From: Pecten maximus
Lineage: Eukaryota
Assembly (NCBI RefSeq): GCF_902652985.1
Contig: NC_047028.1
Coordinates: forward strand, 20,274,001 to 20,338,000
Length of the DNA: 64,000 nucleotides
Reading direction: 5' to 3'
Part shown: positions 13,981 to 27,558 of the stretch, piece by piece
Position numbering within the stretch: the stretch's first letter is position 1
How the letters are laid out: each line of letters starts with the position of its first letter
The notes under the pieces: generated by a model
What the model saw: only the letters and a program-made list of their open reading frames with translations
Databases searched by the model: none
Told to the model about the DNA's origin: nothing
Translations under genes and position numbers: made by a program

Positions 13981-14868
13981 CGTCATCAATAATGATATAT
14001 AGAACATTGAACAAGGGCAGGACATTATATATATATTTATTGCTATTCAAGGTTGTTTTTACTGAAAATGTCTTTTACCGGGAGTTTCACTAGCAAGAAT
14101 TTGTGAAAAAAGACCTTAAAATGGTAATTTTATCGTAATTAACAGGAAAATGCATTTAAATGCATATATCATCTTTCATATTCATAAATAATCGAGAAAT
14201 TAAATCGTTTATATGCGAGTTGCTTTATGAAAAATCACCATAAAGCATCGCGTCATAAATCATCTAAATCTGACATCTTTTTGATGATTTTATTTTAATG
14301 CTGATCACCTTTTCCAATGAAAGTGAGTAAAAATTCCCAGTACAAAGGTAATATTAAAAACATTTTATAATCTATTAATTGAGTGTTATCACATTTCTCC
14401 CTTTCCCTATGCTGTTTTTGGTTTTCGGATGATATTCACGGTAAATTATATACGTGATTGATGATTGGTTCCCAATTAATTATAGCGCTGTAGTGTATCG
14501 GGAATAAACAATATAAATTTATTTATTTATAATTTATTAATGAAATGCTAAATATGTAACTGTTTTATGCTTTGTCAAGTCACAAAGAATATTTAAATTA
14601 CCACAGTGTTTGATATTAAATATACCTATGTACCGTATACATCCCTTCCATACTGCGTGTTGACATTTCAGTAAATCATAATGATTATTTGTTTGGTTTA
14701 TTATCTTATATCAAATGATAAATGTTTCCATTGTTAATTTCTTCTTATTTATTGAATATACTATTACATATGAAAATTATTTACGATTGTGATCTTATTA
14801 AAATGGCATTTTCAACTACTAATCTGGTGTCATTATATATTGAATACTAAGAGTATCAGTAGATACAA

Positions 14869-14975
14869 GTCTAGGTATCCCTTTTTGGCTGGTTCGGGTT
14901 ACGACCAGCCGTCTATGAAACGAGCGCCGTCCACGTGGCCTTAGGTGGAGAACCCATGCGTGTGGTTCGACGCTC
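14869..14975 (+). ncRNA. Candidate HDV-like (nested double pseudoknot) ribozyme, possibly degenerate
   Basis: P1 GTCTAGG(14869-75) or GTCTATG(14911-17) / CTTAGGT(14940-46); P2 GAGC/GCTC; P3 GCC/GGC; L3 TCCACGT; P1.1 CC/GG; P4 GAACC..GGTT; J4/2 CGAC. Confidence 0.55.
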
Positions 14976-16251
14976 CCTGTTCCGTGTCGGTTTGAATTTC
15001 TCGGAAAGCCGAAAAACGGACCGGTCTGTGCTGTTGTGGCTGTTATTTGCCTAGGCACTTCATCAAAATTGATCTGGATGGCATGGGAGGAACCTCCCGT
15101 TTGTTGTTCAGTGAGGTAGTCACCAACTTCTACATAGAAACACCGCATGAAAATACTTAAATAACAGTACAGACACATATTTAATCCATTAATCATCATG
15201 ACGAGAGATTGCTAGGAGGCGGAGATGAACCTCAAAAACAAGATATAACAATATTCAACAGTCAAAATCGAAAATGGCCACCTGTCGGCCATAAAGATTT
15301 TCTGGATCAGTTTCAGAATCGGTACAAATATAGACCAATGGTAACCTACACCTAGTTTGAGAAATACCGGTTTTTCATCCTCAAATGATAAGCTATACGC
15401 TCATGGGTCGATTTTTCTTACCTAACTAAACAACTAAATATGCAATTAAATTGCTACTATGCTCTGGTTCAGATTTGCAGGGAAATAATATTGACATATA
15501 ACTTTCCAAGCCCTACTCAAAGAACGAACCTAAAACCTTGGTCAAACATTTTGCGTCTGAGAGAAACATGTGATAAGTCAAATGCATTGAAATAAAAGCA
15601 TTTTCGGAAATATTCATACAAAATTAAAAATAAAATAAATAAAAAATAATCCTTGTAATTAGTACAGCTCTTTTCTGAAATGTGGTTTAACTAAACGTAT
15701 CGGACAATTGGGTTGAAGAAAAGCAGGAAAAACAATATTTTAATACTAAAGCAGAAAATAACAGAGCAAACATAAGGAAATCTGTTCCATCATGCTGCGT
15801 TAATGAGAATATTGAGAAGCTTAACAGTCGAACTATCAAAACCAGATATATACACATGATTAATAGAAAACATACTACAATGAATATGCTGCAATATCTG
15901 TTACAAATAATAGACAAAATGAAACGGAACTAAAGGAGAAAGAAAGTACAGTATGTACTGTAAAGTGGACTTAGCAGCGACAGACAACAAAATAAACAGA
16001 CAACAAAATAAAAGAATATATCAAGATATATTGATTACTAAATCACTCTTATGAATAGATCAAATTAAGTTCGCCACATTTGTAATAACCATATAAAACA
16101 CGAAATCGCTTATTTCATCTTAGCGCCTTTGCTAAACAATTGATTCAGTTCGTTTAAAATGGTATATTGACACTGTCACCCGAGATAGACCTTAAGTAAG
16201 GAATGTATGCATATACCACAACTTTTCTAACAAAATGTGTCATAAAAAAAG

Positions 16252-16660
16252 TTCGGTTTGGAGATTATTGTTAAACGTCCTATCAACAGGTAATTTAAGA
16301 ACAGCTTCCTGTGCGTGCGACATGCATGCGTGTGGTGAGGGGGTATGTGTTTTGGGAGGCTGCGGCATGTTCGTGTTAAGTACAGAACTTTTGACAGCGA
16401 GTAAATCAGTCGTCACACTACCAAAATGCTGAGAGCTAAGCAGGAGTATCAATTACCATTTTAAAAGAATATGTGGACAGAACCAAAAGCCTTCCTCACA
16501 GTGGCGAACGTTCAACTAAAGGCCAAAAGTGAGGCATTGTCAAGGGAGATATTAGGAAAAAGAAAGTTGTTAGGAAAGAAGAGAAACGAAAAAATCTCAA
16601 ATTTAGTCGCCTCATACAACCATGTAATAGGGGCAGTATGTACAATTCTGGCGCCCTACC
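16252..16660 (-). mobile_element. Diverged, internally deleted copy of the 11201-11738 SINE
   Basis: Colinear similarity (TGCGTGTGGTGAG..., CAACTAAAGGCCAAAAGTGAGGCATTGTCAAGGGAGA, AAATTTAGTCGCCTC). Confidence 0.85.
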
Positions 16661-16937
16661 GCATCTACAAAGCGAAGAATATTGTAAAATATCACAATGA
16701 TAGACACGCCATTACCTTCTATAATCTTTAAATAAGAAACATACTGTGTAATCTTGTAAAAATTGTAAAAAGGTGTGGCTTGTGCGTACGACTGTGTATA
16801 TAACAATCAGAGTCAGACGTGTTCAATACCATGCTTTGAATGATGGTTGCCTTCGATGACGCATCGGTCTTATTTTCCTGGTACATTGTCAGAGGTATTT
16901 TACTGGAATTAATCAAATTCAGAACTTGAAACCGGGT

Positions 16938-19667
16938 TCAAAAGGTGTAAAGTGACTCTGTGTAGAGAAGGAATATCTGTGTACATATCAGCTTCTGTAG
17001 CCGTAGAGGCAGTGGCAATTGCGAGATTTTCACATCGATGTTACTCCTGAGTGTTCTCCAAATCGTAAGCGTAGACATATGGAATAGGGTCTTTGGCACA
17101 CTCGCAAGTTCTTTGAGATGATGTAGGACATTTACACTGTTCAACAAGGACGTCGGAATATGGTTGTCTCCCCTGAAAATGTTGAGTTTGTACATATTGA
17201 AGCCCGCAGTGACAAGCATGTATGCAATGGACCAGTGCCCTAGTTCTATTGCAAGTATCATTGGATTAGTCAGATATTTAGACGGCCCCAATGTTCCCTC
17301 CATGTTTACGTCAAACCCCCAGTTCAGCAGCGCCATCACCGACGAGTGATCTCCCTTTGATACCGCCATAAGCATGGCTGCAATAAAGTACAACAAGGAA
17401 TTATCAGGCGATTTTTAACACGACCTTAAACACAATGGATACACTTTCTGTGTCTTAAATAGTAACGATAATATGTCATGTAATACTTGTTTATATGCAG
17501 ATAATAGGCAAAATACCATGGACTTATTGACATTGTTTTTAACATTATCTAGCTAGCGTTAGAATTACACAGGCAAAATATTCTCACTGAAAACACAAAT
17601 ATTAAACCTATCTATTCACTTAAATTGCATTACCAAATACTTACATGTTTTTCCCGGATGACATCCCTTTTCCAGGAAGTATTGCACAAGGAACGGACAT
17701 GCGCATTGTGATGCCACGAATACCGGGTTACAGTTGTCAGTAAGATCAAGATTCAAGTCCGCTCCGGCCAATAAAAGGATCTGTATGATAGACATTGTTT
17801 CTGAGTCGACTTGTTCTTTCCCTCGTGCGTGTTCCCATATCAAGTTTGTCAGTGGTGTTCGTCCATAGACATCCACGGTGTTAGGGTCAGATCGCGCGTT
17901 CAGAAGACATTCGACGAGGACGGAACGCTTAGCTGCCGCAGCAAACTAGAAAGTATATGAACCAACCACTGTTATTATATTACATTTTACATACTATATG
18001 GGATTGTACAAAATATATCAATGCATTTAAATACTTTAGAGTTAGATACAGTAGAGTCAAAAATGAACCATACTACACAATGTAAAATTGTTAACCTACA
18101 TAGGAGTCGTAGAAGCCCCTCTCCAATTAATTTATAGATAATTATCAAACAACTTTCTTATCAGTGATATAATGAATTTAGAAACAATCAACTCTCATAT
18201 GCATTTTCAAAAAAAACTTCATTACAATATTTAAGCAATGTTATTGATAACAATTAAGAATTAAATAATTATATTTAGATTTTACATCATAATTATATTT
18301 ATCAATGAAAAAAATCCGCGCACGGTTAATATTCAACAATAAAATACATCACGTCGTCAATACACAAAGACAAAATACATCACGTCGTCAATACACAAAG
18401 ACAAAATACACCACTTCGTCAATACACAAAGACAAAATACATCACGTCGTCAATACACAATGACAAAATACATCACGTCGCCAATGCACAAAGACAAAAT
18501 ACATCACGTCGGCATAAATAATGACAAAATACACCACGTCGCCAGTATTCAATGACAAAATGCATCACGTCGCCAATATACAATGACAAAACACAGCACG
18601 ACGTCCATATACAATGGCAAAATACATCACGTCGTATAGATACCTCAACGTCAACACAAGAGAATAAAGAATACCACATTGTCAAATCGCATTGGCAAGA
18701 TATACGCAACATAAAACACGGTGACAACAAAGCTGGTTTGGTTTATTTTTGTATAACGCCCTGTTAACAGCCAGGGGCATTTAAGGACGTGCTAGGTTTT
18801 GGAGGTGGAGGAAAGCCGGAGTACCCGGAGAAAAACCAACGGCCTACGGTCAGTACCTGGCAACTGCCCCATGTAGGTTTCGAACTCGCAACCCAGAGGT
18901 GGAGGGCTAGTGATAAAGTGTCGGGACGCCTTAACCACTCGGCCACCGCGGCCCGTGGACAAAGCTGGACAAATTCATTAGACTATTTATCGGATTTAAG
19001 AGGTCCCATTTCAGAATGTCGGGATCATACTTTTCTATCGTAGTGAACTTGCTACATTTCACATTACCTGCAAAGCTGTCCTTTTTCCTCGAAATGACAT
19101 TTTATTAACATCTGCTGACGCCTTCAACAGAAAGTCCAGTAATATTGCCTCATTTTGAAAATCAGATGAGCAGACCATCATCAAAGGTGTCATGCCGAAT
19201 CTTTCCTGTGCATTCACATCCGCATCGGAAGCTATCAATATTTTAACGAGTTCAACATTTCCGGTTTCAATTGCGAAATGCAGTGCAGTTCTACCCTTGT
19301 GGTCCTGGCATTTCACGACACTTGGGTCACGTTGAAGCAAGAGTTGTGCGATATCAATGTATTGGAGAGTCATGCAGTACATGAGTGGAGTGAGACCCCA
19401 CTTATCTGGTCGCTTCACCTCGGCACCGTGATCTATTAATACTTTGGCACAGGCTTCCCGTCCTTTCTCACAGCATATTGTAAGCACAGGCTTGGAGCTG
19501 ACGAAAATCATACCGTGAAAGAACATATGATCCACGTCGGCACCCTCATCAAGAAGACGCGCGAGTCTGTCTGGGTCGTCCTCCGTTATAGCATTGTACA
19601 TGTCGGCGGAGTAGTCTTCATTGTCACGTGGTCTCCGCCGACGCCTCACCGACTTCTCCTTTGCCAT
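16938..19667 (-). CDS. Ankyrin repeat and SOCS box protein (ASB-like), paralog A, ~446 aa
   Basis: Coding exons 19667-19068, 17945-17645, 17377-16938 (phases 0, 1; total 1341 nt). Multiple GxTPL/TAL ankyrin repeats and C-terminal PKTLFHMSTLTIW...ISQLPLPLRLQKLI. Confidence 0.92.
18341..18635 (+). repeat. 31-bp minisatellite, ~9-10 copies
   Basis: Unit AAAATACATCACGTCGTCAATACACAAAGAC, in intron 1 of ASB-like A. Confidence 0.9.
18737..18958 (-). mobile_element. tRNA-derived V-SINE-like element
   Basis: On -: A box GGTGGCCGAGTGG, B box GAGTTCGAAACC, V-domain-like TTCTCCGGGTACTCCGGCTTTCCTCCACC, tail AAACCAAACC; 10-bp TSD ACAAAGCTGG (18727-36, 18959-68). Confidence 0.9.
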
Positions 19668-21099
19668 ATATTTGCTATCAAATATATCTCCTCATGTACA
19701 ATACTCCCGAGACCATATATCTACCCGTAATGTCACACATTAATAACACGATTCTGAAGAAGAGAAAAGTATAATATCATCAATACACAACAATAATATC
19801 TGCAAGATGAAATTTGATGCAAAAAAAAAAAAAAAAAAATCCCATTGGTATATATACAGAAAGGACATGGCAATGAAGAAGTAAAGTAACAATAGGTATT
19901 GGGAGTCGAAGTCATTTTCCTCCATAAAATGGTATCCATATTTTAAAAAAAATAAGAAGAATTTTCCATGAAATAGAGAAACCGAGTAGAATATCCCGGC
20001 TTTGTTAAGAGTTTAATAAATTTTATACAAGAAGGGAACAGCTTTCAGATTATATTGAATGCATCAGTCAAATTCATGTAGGAATGAGCAAAAAATAATA
20101 ACTTAACAGGATATCCATGTTACTCGATGGAAATATTCTGACGTTTAAATACACTTTGACTAATGAATTTCGAGTTGACTTGACAAACTTATCTAATTCA
20201 ACTGTTTTTTTATGAGCACGTTATCTCCTTGAACAACAAAAGCTTAATCATGACAATTTTTTAACTTAAAAATATAGATAAGTTTTACGAACAAGATATA
20301 AAGTATTACGAATAAGATAAAAAGTCGTACGAATGAGATAGTATGCTCCTACTATTTGTAGTAATTAAAAGTATTATATCATTCAGACCAGGCAAACGAT
20401 GCATATAAGAGTTGCATTTATCAAGGTGAGTGGAAGCGGGTACAAGCATGGTGGGAAATATTGCTGTAATTAACCAAAGGTTCAATTACACAATTGATAA
20501 TAATGATAACAAAAGTTTAGTAATATAAGTACCATCACAAGTAATAATATGCATGTAATGTATAAGATTTATAGTATGGTAAGACATGTAGTACACAGAC
20601 ATGAAATTATTTAAAACAGACACTGGCACTGACATGAAATTATTTAAAAAAAAGACACTGGCATTTCGGTTTAAAATTCTTATTACACGATTAAAAGTGA
20701 TGAATTTTCTAACATTTATCCTTCTGCTATGATGACAATTAAACTGAAAAAGAACACAGTAAGATGACCTTTTATTGGAATTGAAATATCAATCTTTTGG
20801 AAAGGATGGAATGATATACCTTATTTGGTCTGGTCAAGTACATTGACAAAGCATGATCAAGGGTTCGGAAAGGGGCGGAAACGTTATAGAAGGAAGCACC
20901 CTAAACACGAGATCAAGGTATTTGTAAGATATCCATAATGAAAGGGCTCTACATACGAGAACAAACCAGAGATCTGCAAGGCGATGGCCAAAACAAAATA
21001 TATATATATGAAAATAAAGAAAGCTCCTTACAAAAAAGAACCAAGGAATTTGTAAACTGATGGAGGCGATATGGAAATACATAGAAAGGAAGATAGCTA

Positions 21100-22070
21100 T
21101 ACTTACGTGACTAGCTAGCAGAGCAATCGAGATACAGCGACAGCTTACTACGTATTTACACGTGTATATCGTACCTCTCTATATAAATAGACTTACACAT
21201 GTATACACATCGACACACAGCTAGGCAGTGGTACAATATTATGAAAGGACTAACGCCATCTGGACACCCACGTCTGACTCTGTGAAGTGATCTTGAGGTA
21301 CTGGGTGTGACTACCGAGTAGTTACATGTACTGGTACCGGTCAATCAATTTATTAAAACTACTTTGTCTTTTTGATAAATCAACAGAGCGTTGATTCCAT
21401 AGATATATGTTTGTTAACAGAGGAACTACGGTTTCTTGGTCACGTGATGTGTCTAGGATGCCAAGAGATTATCGGAACTCCTCGGCCTTTACCTCCTCCG
21501 GGAATATTAAGCAGATAATGGCGCATCTCACAGATTAAGTACGTAGAAGTAAATATGTTATTCTTTATATATATAAGACTAACAATGCATACTTAGATAT
21601 CGATAATATGTTGTTTATATTTTGTTACAGAAAGTGTATATATGTACATGTGCGCGAGTATAGGCCTACCTGGAGCAAAAGTTTTAGGCACAGCACACAT
21701 CTGTCGACAGCCTGGTGTTGTTGTACCTTCTCACACGCTGGCCTGCACGTGTCAGTTTATGGACTGTGCCAGAAGTTCCCAGAGAAAAATATATATTATT
21801 TATTTACACCTCGTGTGAATCGCGTGGCGACAATTTTGTAACCATCATATAACATGCATTAATGTGCAGTTGCATGCGCATATACTAGGACCCCAACCCA
21901 AGACAGCTATCTAAAATATTCGTAATCTGGAATCATACATGTATATGCTTCTATATCATCTTGGTCACGTTATCACGTGCTGATTCGGAAGTATGGTATT
22001 TAAATGTGAGTGCATTACTTAGCGCTGAATACACCAGAGCTTGGTCCATGGATTATATGTGACAAGGTAA
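21100..22070. promoter_or_regulatory. Putative divergent promoter region of ASB-like A and B with E-box cluster
   Basis: CACGTG at 21159, 21441, 21746 and 21974; TATA-like sequences ~21180 and ~21997; plausible non-coding-exon donors at ~21105 (-) and ~22066 (+). Confidence 0.45.
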
Positions 22071-22413
22071 AACACCATATTGATCAGAAAGTATATGGAG
22101 AGGTGTTAAACCTTAATTGATTACAGATGGTCAAGAACCGAGAAACATAGTATTACTGCATTGATGATGGTAATATACAATTAATGCACCAATGGAGCGT
22201 AACAGTTTGTTTACAAATCATATTCATAGTTATGATATCATATTGTTATACATGTGTAGTAAACAAAATAAAAGAAAGTTTGATGAAAACTACTTCAAAT
22301 AAGTTGTAGGTTTAATTAAGACGTATTCTTGGGAAGTAATATGATCTTTATCAAAAGTTGTAAACAAATGGCTTTTGTTCCAGGTATGACCTGACGTGAA
22401 TCTTTCGTACAAG

Positions 22414-25400
22414 ATGTCGGTCTACGATGAAGAGGAGTCCCGCATGGCACTTCGGTTGTACCATGCTGTAGAGGAAAACAATATGAAGACATTGAGACTG
22501 CTTCTCGTTAAAGGCGCAGACATTCATTACAAATTTTTCGATGATAAATCACTTCTTCACATTTGTTGTGAAAAAGATCGTCTGGAATGCGCCAAACTTT
22601 TGATGGAATTCGGAGCAAATATTCGGTCGTCCGATGAGTGGAATATGACGCCGCTAATGTACTGTATGGTGAGACATTTTTGTGACATCGCTAAAGAACT
22701 GTTGTCACGTGATGCACACGCTGTCCACTCACAGGACAGGTTTGGGAAGTCTGTCATTCACTGTGCCGTGGAATCTGGGTCAGTTGAACTCTTGAATCTT
22801 GTGTTGTCACATGGTGCTGATGTCAATCAGACAGACTGGTACGGAATCACGCCGCTTATGACTCTTTGCGCAGGCACTGGAATAAGACATACCACTGAGC
22901 TTTGTCGCGTGCTTCTAGACGCAGGCGCAGACTTAGAGTTGAAGGATGTCCGGAGCAAGCGCACTGCATTACAGGTATATTCAAATGTTGTTTTCTTTTC
23001 TGAAAATCCCATCTCCTACTTTATCCCCCTACTCCTCATTTTACTATCTTGTCTTCTATGCTAGGTTAAAAGCTGTCATCAATGGGAATAAACTTACCTT
23101 ATCAGTTTAAAGTCTAGTCCTAAAGTCTGGAGTCATAATTCAGCACATTTTCTAGAATGTTAAGCATGCTACAGTATTTAAAACAGTTATATTCAAACCA
23201 TACATCTATGAAAAATACGTGATATAACCTTACTGCACTCATGAAATATGACGTCAGTGATAACAGATTGCACACACATTTTATGTACAAAAATACACAA
23301 ATGTAAACCAGGGGCTCTGTAGGATATGCAGGCTTAGGGCATGACAAGTAAACTGAAAAAAATTATTCTCCGAATTTTTTCTTTCAAGCTTCCAATGGCC
23401 CGCTAACTGAAGAAAGTAAAGACTTCTGTAAAGGGGGAAAACTCTAAACTAGAAACCAGGGCACAGTAATGAGATAAGAACCAATATCGGTGAACATACA
23501 CTTTATATCAATTGTTTACTGTACACTAATGCGACACGGACATCAAAATCCAAATGTATCTTTTATATTGTTGATTAAGTTCAAAACAACGATTTCAGAT
23601 TTAAATTATTCAACTACTAGTCTCTGATCACGGACATTTCTGTCAAATCGAATCCGGTTCAATGTTCTCAGATGGTAATTTACTGTATTTTTTCTTTCTA
23701 TCTTTCTTCTTATTTATAGGATTCAGCCAATATTTATGTTATTTATGTATTTGCCTGCTATCTATTTATTTACATATTATATTATCACTTATCTTATAAT
23801 GCATGACATCACAATATATGCACCGAGTCCCTGCAATGGCGATGAAAAAGCTTCCCCTACCTTTAGGTAAGGGTTTTTGTTACACAACTAATGGATGTTT
23901 ATACGTGACGATTTGATAACTAGTGCGGTATAAACACTATCACCTACATCAGTCATATAACCAGGGTAGAATATGTACACAAAGATGTAAAACGTGCACG
24001 AGTTGTCATCGAAATTCGAAGATCAATGTCGATCTAACGTTATAGTATTGTAATTGGCGAGAGTGTACATACCGTTTTAGTCATCGAAACGTTATGTATA
24101 AACATTCATTCGTTGTTGATGTCGGCATGATATTAACTACATTTCATAGAGGTGATTTTTATATATATACACTTTCCACAGTTTGCAGCGGTGCAGAAAA
24201 ACACTGACCTTGTCCAGTGTTTGGTAGCCGCTGGAGCTGACCCTAACACTACGGACAACGCTAGCCTTACTCCACTGACCAGTGTCATATTCCAGTTCTA
24301 TCGTCTAAAGAATTCCAGCTGCGATGTGAGTGATGATTTGATGACTATAGTGATCATCCTGACCCAGGCCGGAGCCAACCTTAACCTTAACACTCGGGAG
24401 AGCTCTAACCCTTTATACATGGCCGTGACGTTTAAAGTGGAGCCCCTTTTAAGGTTCTTCCTCGACTGTGGGGCCGATCCAAATGTCGTATGTACGTATA
24501 TCATGGAGACAACATCATATCGCTTTATTATTTGATATTTGGGATTTTATTAACTGACAATGGCAATGTTACCAATCTGATGTCACTATGGTTTTGAGGC
24601 GAATTGATTAAGTCTACAGTACTTGTTTTCAAGACTTCGTTGTTTATTTATGTAACAACTTTGAATCTGCTACACGTTGAGTAGAATATAGTTCAAACTA
24701 ATATCAATCAAAGTAAGCTCGCCAGATTGCCATGTATAATTTTAAAAAATCATGTATTTAGGTTTTCAAAATTATTATTGAGTTAAAGAAATATATTGAA
24801 ACTCGTCAGATTGTTACAAAAAAGTAAGAACGGCTAAATTCTAATGAGTTGAAGATATAAAAAAAAGATTGGTGATTGTTGTGGAATGTATTGAACGTTG
24901 ATATTCTGGTGTGAAATTCTAGACTTCAACACACATAGCTTCAAAGTTAATCAAAGTGGGATTAAATACCAATAACGGTTTTAATAATGTCACATCCAAT
25001 TCCAATAATATACATCTATTTGTGTTTTTCTCCGATTTATCAAGTACAGCGCTGGCCGTAATTTGTTTCCCGTTCATGTTATTAACGTAAAAGACCAATT
25101 TGAAAATGTATCCTATACAGCATTAAACATGTGCACGCGACCAATATTGAAGCGTCTCCTAGGTAACAACACTTCAGGGCCGTAGCATCACCGACGAGCT
25201 CTAAATGGATGATACAGCTACATAATTAGGTTTAATTAGTATTTCGCTCAAATATATCAAACTCTAAGTGTGCATTGAAAGGTGGTTATACCATGTGTGT
25301 AAAATCATCTAAGTCTACTTTTTTTCATGTTCCAGTTCCAATGGGCGTGACGCCATTACTATCGGCTGTGAAGAAAAAAGACGCTGCATGTGTTCGCGCT

Positions 25401-25793
25401 CTCCTTAACTGGAGAGCTCGCTCGAACATCCGGGGACGTGTATTTAAAACAGCTCATGTGCACGACCAGTACTGGGTGGACGCCATGGGACTTGCTGTGG
25501 ATCAAGGGTGCTGGGACATTGTCCTCCTGTTGTACTCCGCCGGATATAACATAAGCAGACTTCAATACCTCCGGGAAGGGGTACCTGACTCGGATATTCC
25601 CGAGTCTCTATCACGTGATAAAGACATGTTCACGTACCTGCAGTACTTAGCCCGAAACCCTAGGACTCTGTTTCATTCGACAACTTTGTGTATGTGGGAC
25701 AGTTTGAAAAATAACATACAGGAAAACATCTATCAGCTTCCGCTTCCGACAAGGATTAAACAGCTCACGTCTCCAGAGTTTGTCCTGGGTTGA
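22414..25793 (+). CDS. Ankyrin repeat and SOCS box protein (ASB-like), paralog B, ~442 aa
   Basis: Exons 22414-22974, 24182-24491, 25336-25793 (1329 nt). Same intron positions and phases as A and C; C-terminal PRTLFHSTTLCMW...IYQLPLPTRIKQL. Confidence 0.93.
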
Positions 25794-27558
25794 CCGTTTT
25801 GTTATGTGTTTATAAGGCCATTTTATCTGTATGCTTGTCATTACTATAATACAAATATAAATATCGTATAGCAGGTCATCGATGTTAGCTTTTTATACAT
25901 ATTGTAAGTATCTAAACCACTGTTTAATAAATTGAAAATGCATCAAATTGTCTACAACGACCTGCTCATATATCGAACTCACCCGTTGTTTATACATGTT
26001 CCATTTGGTGATATCATCTTTTATGACGTCACATAAGTCGTCGTATCAGAGATTATAAAAACCACATTGATTGACTTGGTTATGATTAGAGAACACAATT
26101 TATTTACAAACAATTCATATGACATCATACACAAGTCCTTATCGATTGATTTATGCTTTGATCGAGAAGATATTGCTAATGTTGATACACAATAGGGTTG
26201 TGCCGAAGATCCCGCAAACATGAACTTTAAACCGCCAACAAGATTCATAACCTATCAATCGAAACTAAAGATAAAGTATCTATGAAACTGTCAAGGAATA
26301 CACGTCAAAAATGTATACATATATTTGAAGAAAGGACATTGATGATACGTACCAAAAATAATTAATTATAATACAGGCAGAACATGGCATTGGCTGAGTT
26401 TGTAAAGTCGGTTAATCAGAATTATGATCTTACTAAAATGATCTGTTCTGTGTCTATACTGAATTTGGTCGGTGTGTTATTTTAGAACGATTTTGCGAAC
26501 TGTGGATAGGAAAATATGTTCATTTGTACTTTTTTCAAAAACAGATTGATTGTTCATAGAACGATTTGTTATTTATGAGAAATATGTTTACGTTGAATTT
26601 CTATCGGTTGTGTGGTGTTTTAAAGACTGCTCTGGGAAGGATTAAAAAGAGAGCTCAGGGAAGTATATTCCAATGTGTTTTATATAAGGTTGGGATGTTT
26701 TATCGAACGATTTTGAAAATTGCGAAGACCAAAATATGTCCACATTGGATTTGGATAAAATGTGGTTGCAATAGAAGAAATTCTGAAATTGTGAAATGTC
26801 AAGGAGACTTGCAAGCAAAGGGAAGCAAGGCAAATAAAGAGTAGACAGGTAAGAGAGAAAAATATATGAAAGCTAATTTATATTGAAGCGAATTTGGTAA
26901 GTGACATGTATCTTACACAGAAGACCAAACAAGCCCGTTTCAGTAAGTATCCCACTTTTAGTCGCCTCCTACAATCAACATGTTGTTGGATATACCTTCA
27001 ATATGATCTGACTAGATCGAGGACATCGACATATTCTTCATAACCTACCTGTGATAAAACACTAGACAATCCAATAAGTTTGTTCAATCAATACGCCCTA
27101 TCATCAAATAATAAACAGGTTGATCTCGTAACCCTTTTCTAAAATAAAACCTCCCTGCTTGTCGGTATTGTATTTTCAATACTCTATAGAGATCACAAGC
27201 ATATACAAAGATCAAATATATCCCCGACTTATATCAGATGCATTAATTTTGACGTACCACTTTATTTACATTTTTTTTCCACTTTCGAAAGCTGTTCTTT
27301 ACCAACTTATTTTAAACTTGATTTACAGTACAAAATGTAGGCTATGTAACGCGAAATTGTGCTCTCAGCATTGTCAGCGATTGAATTTTAAACCATTGTA
27401 CAGACATCAATTCGCTAAACAAAAATACCCTTCCTCGCAAATACATTATCATTAAAAGGAACAGCTGTCTTACTGTAAAAAAAAAGGTTCTTCAGTTCTG
27501 AGATTGTCACTATTGTCTTTTAACAATTAGGTACAATAATACGTGATTCAATTATAGT

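Noticed and set aside
11605-16731. ORFs 11605-11943 and 16471-16731 with similar Lys/Arg-rich peptides
   Set aside because: Both are antisense readings of the same SINE family.
18870-18955. tRNA gene
   Set aside because: A and B boxes are present, but this is the head of a TSD-flanked SINE with no complete cloverleaf.
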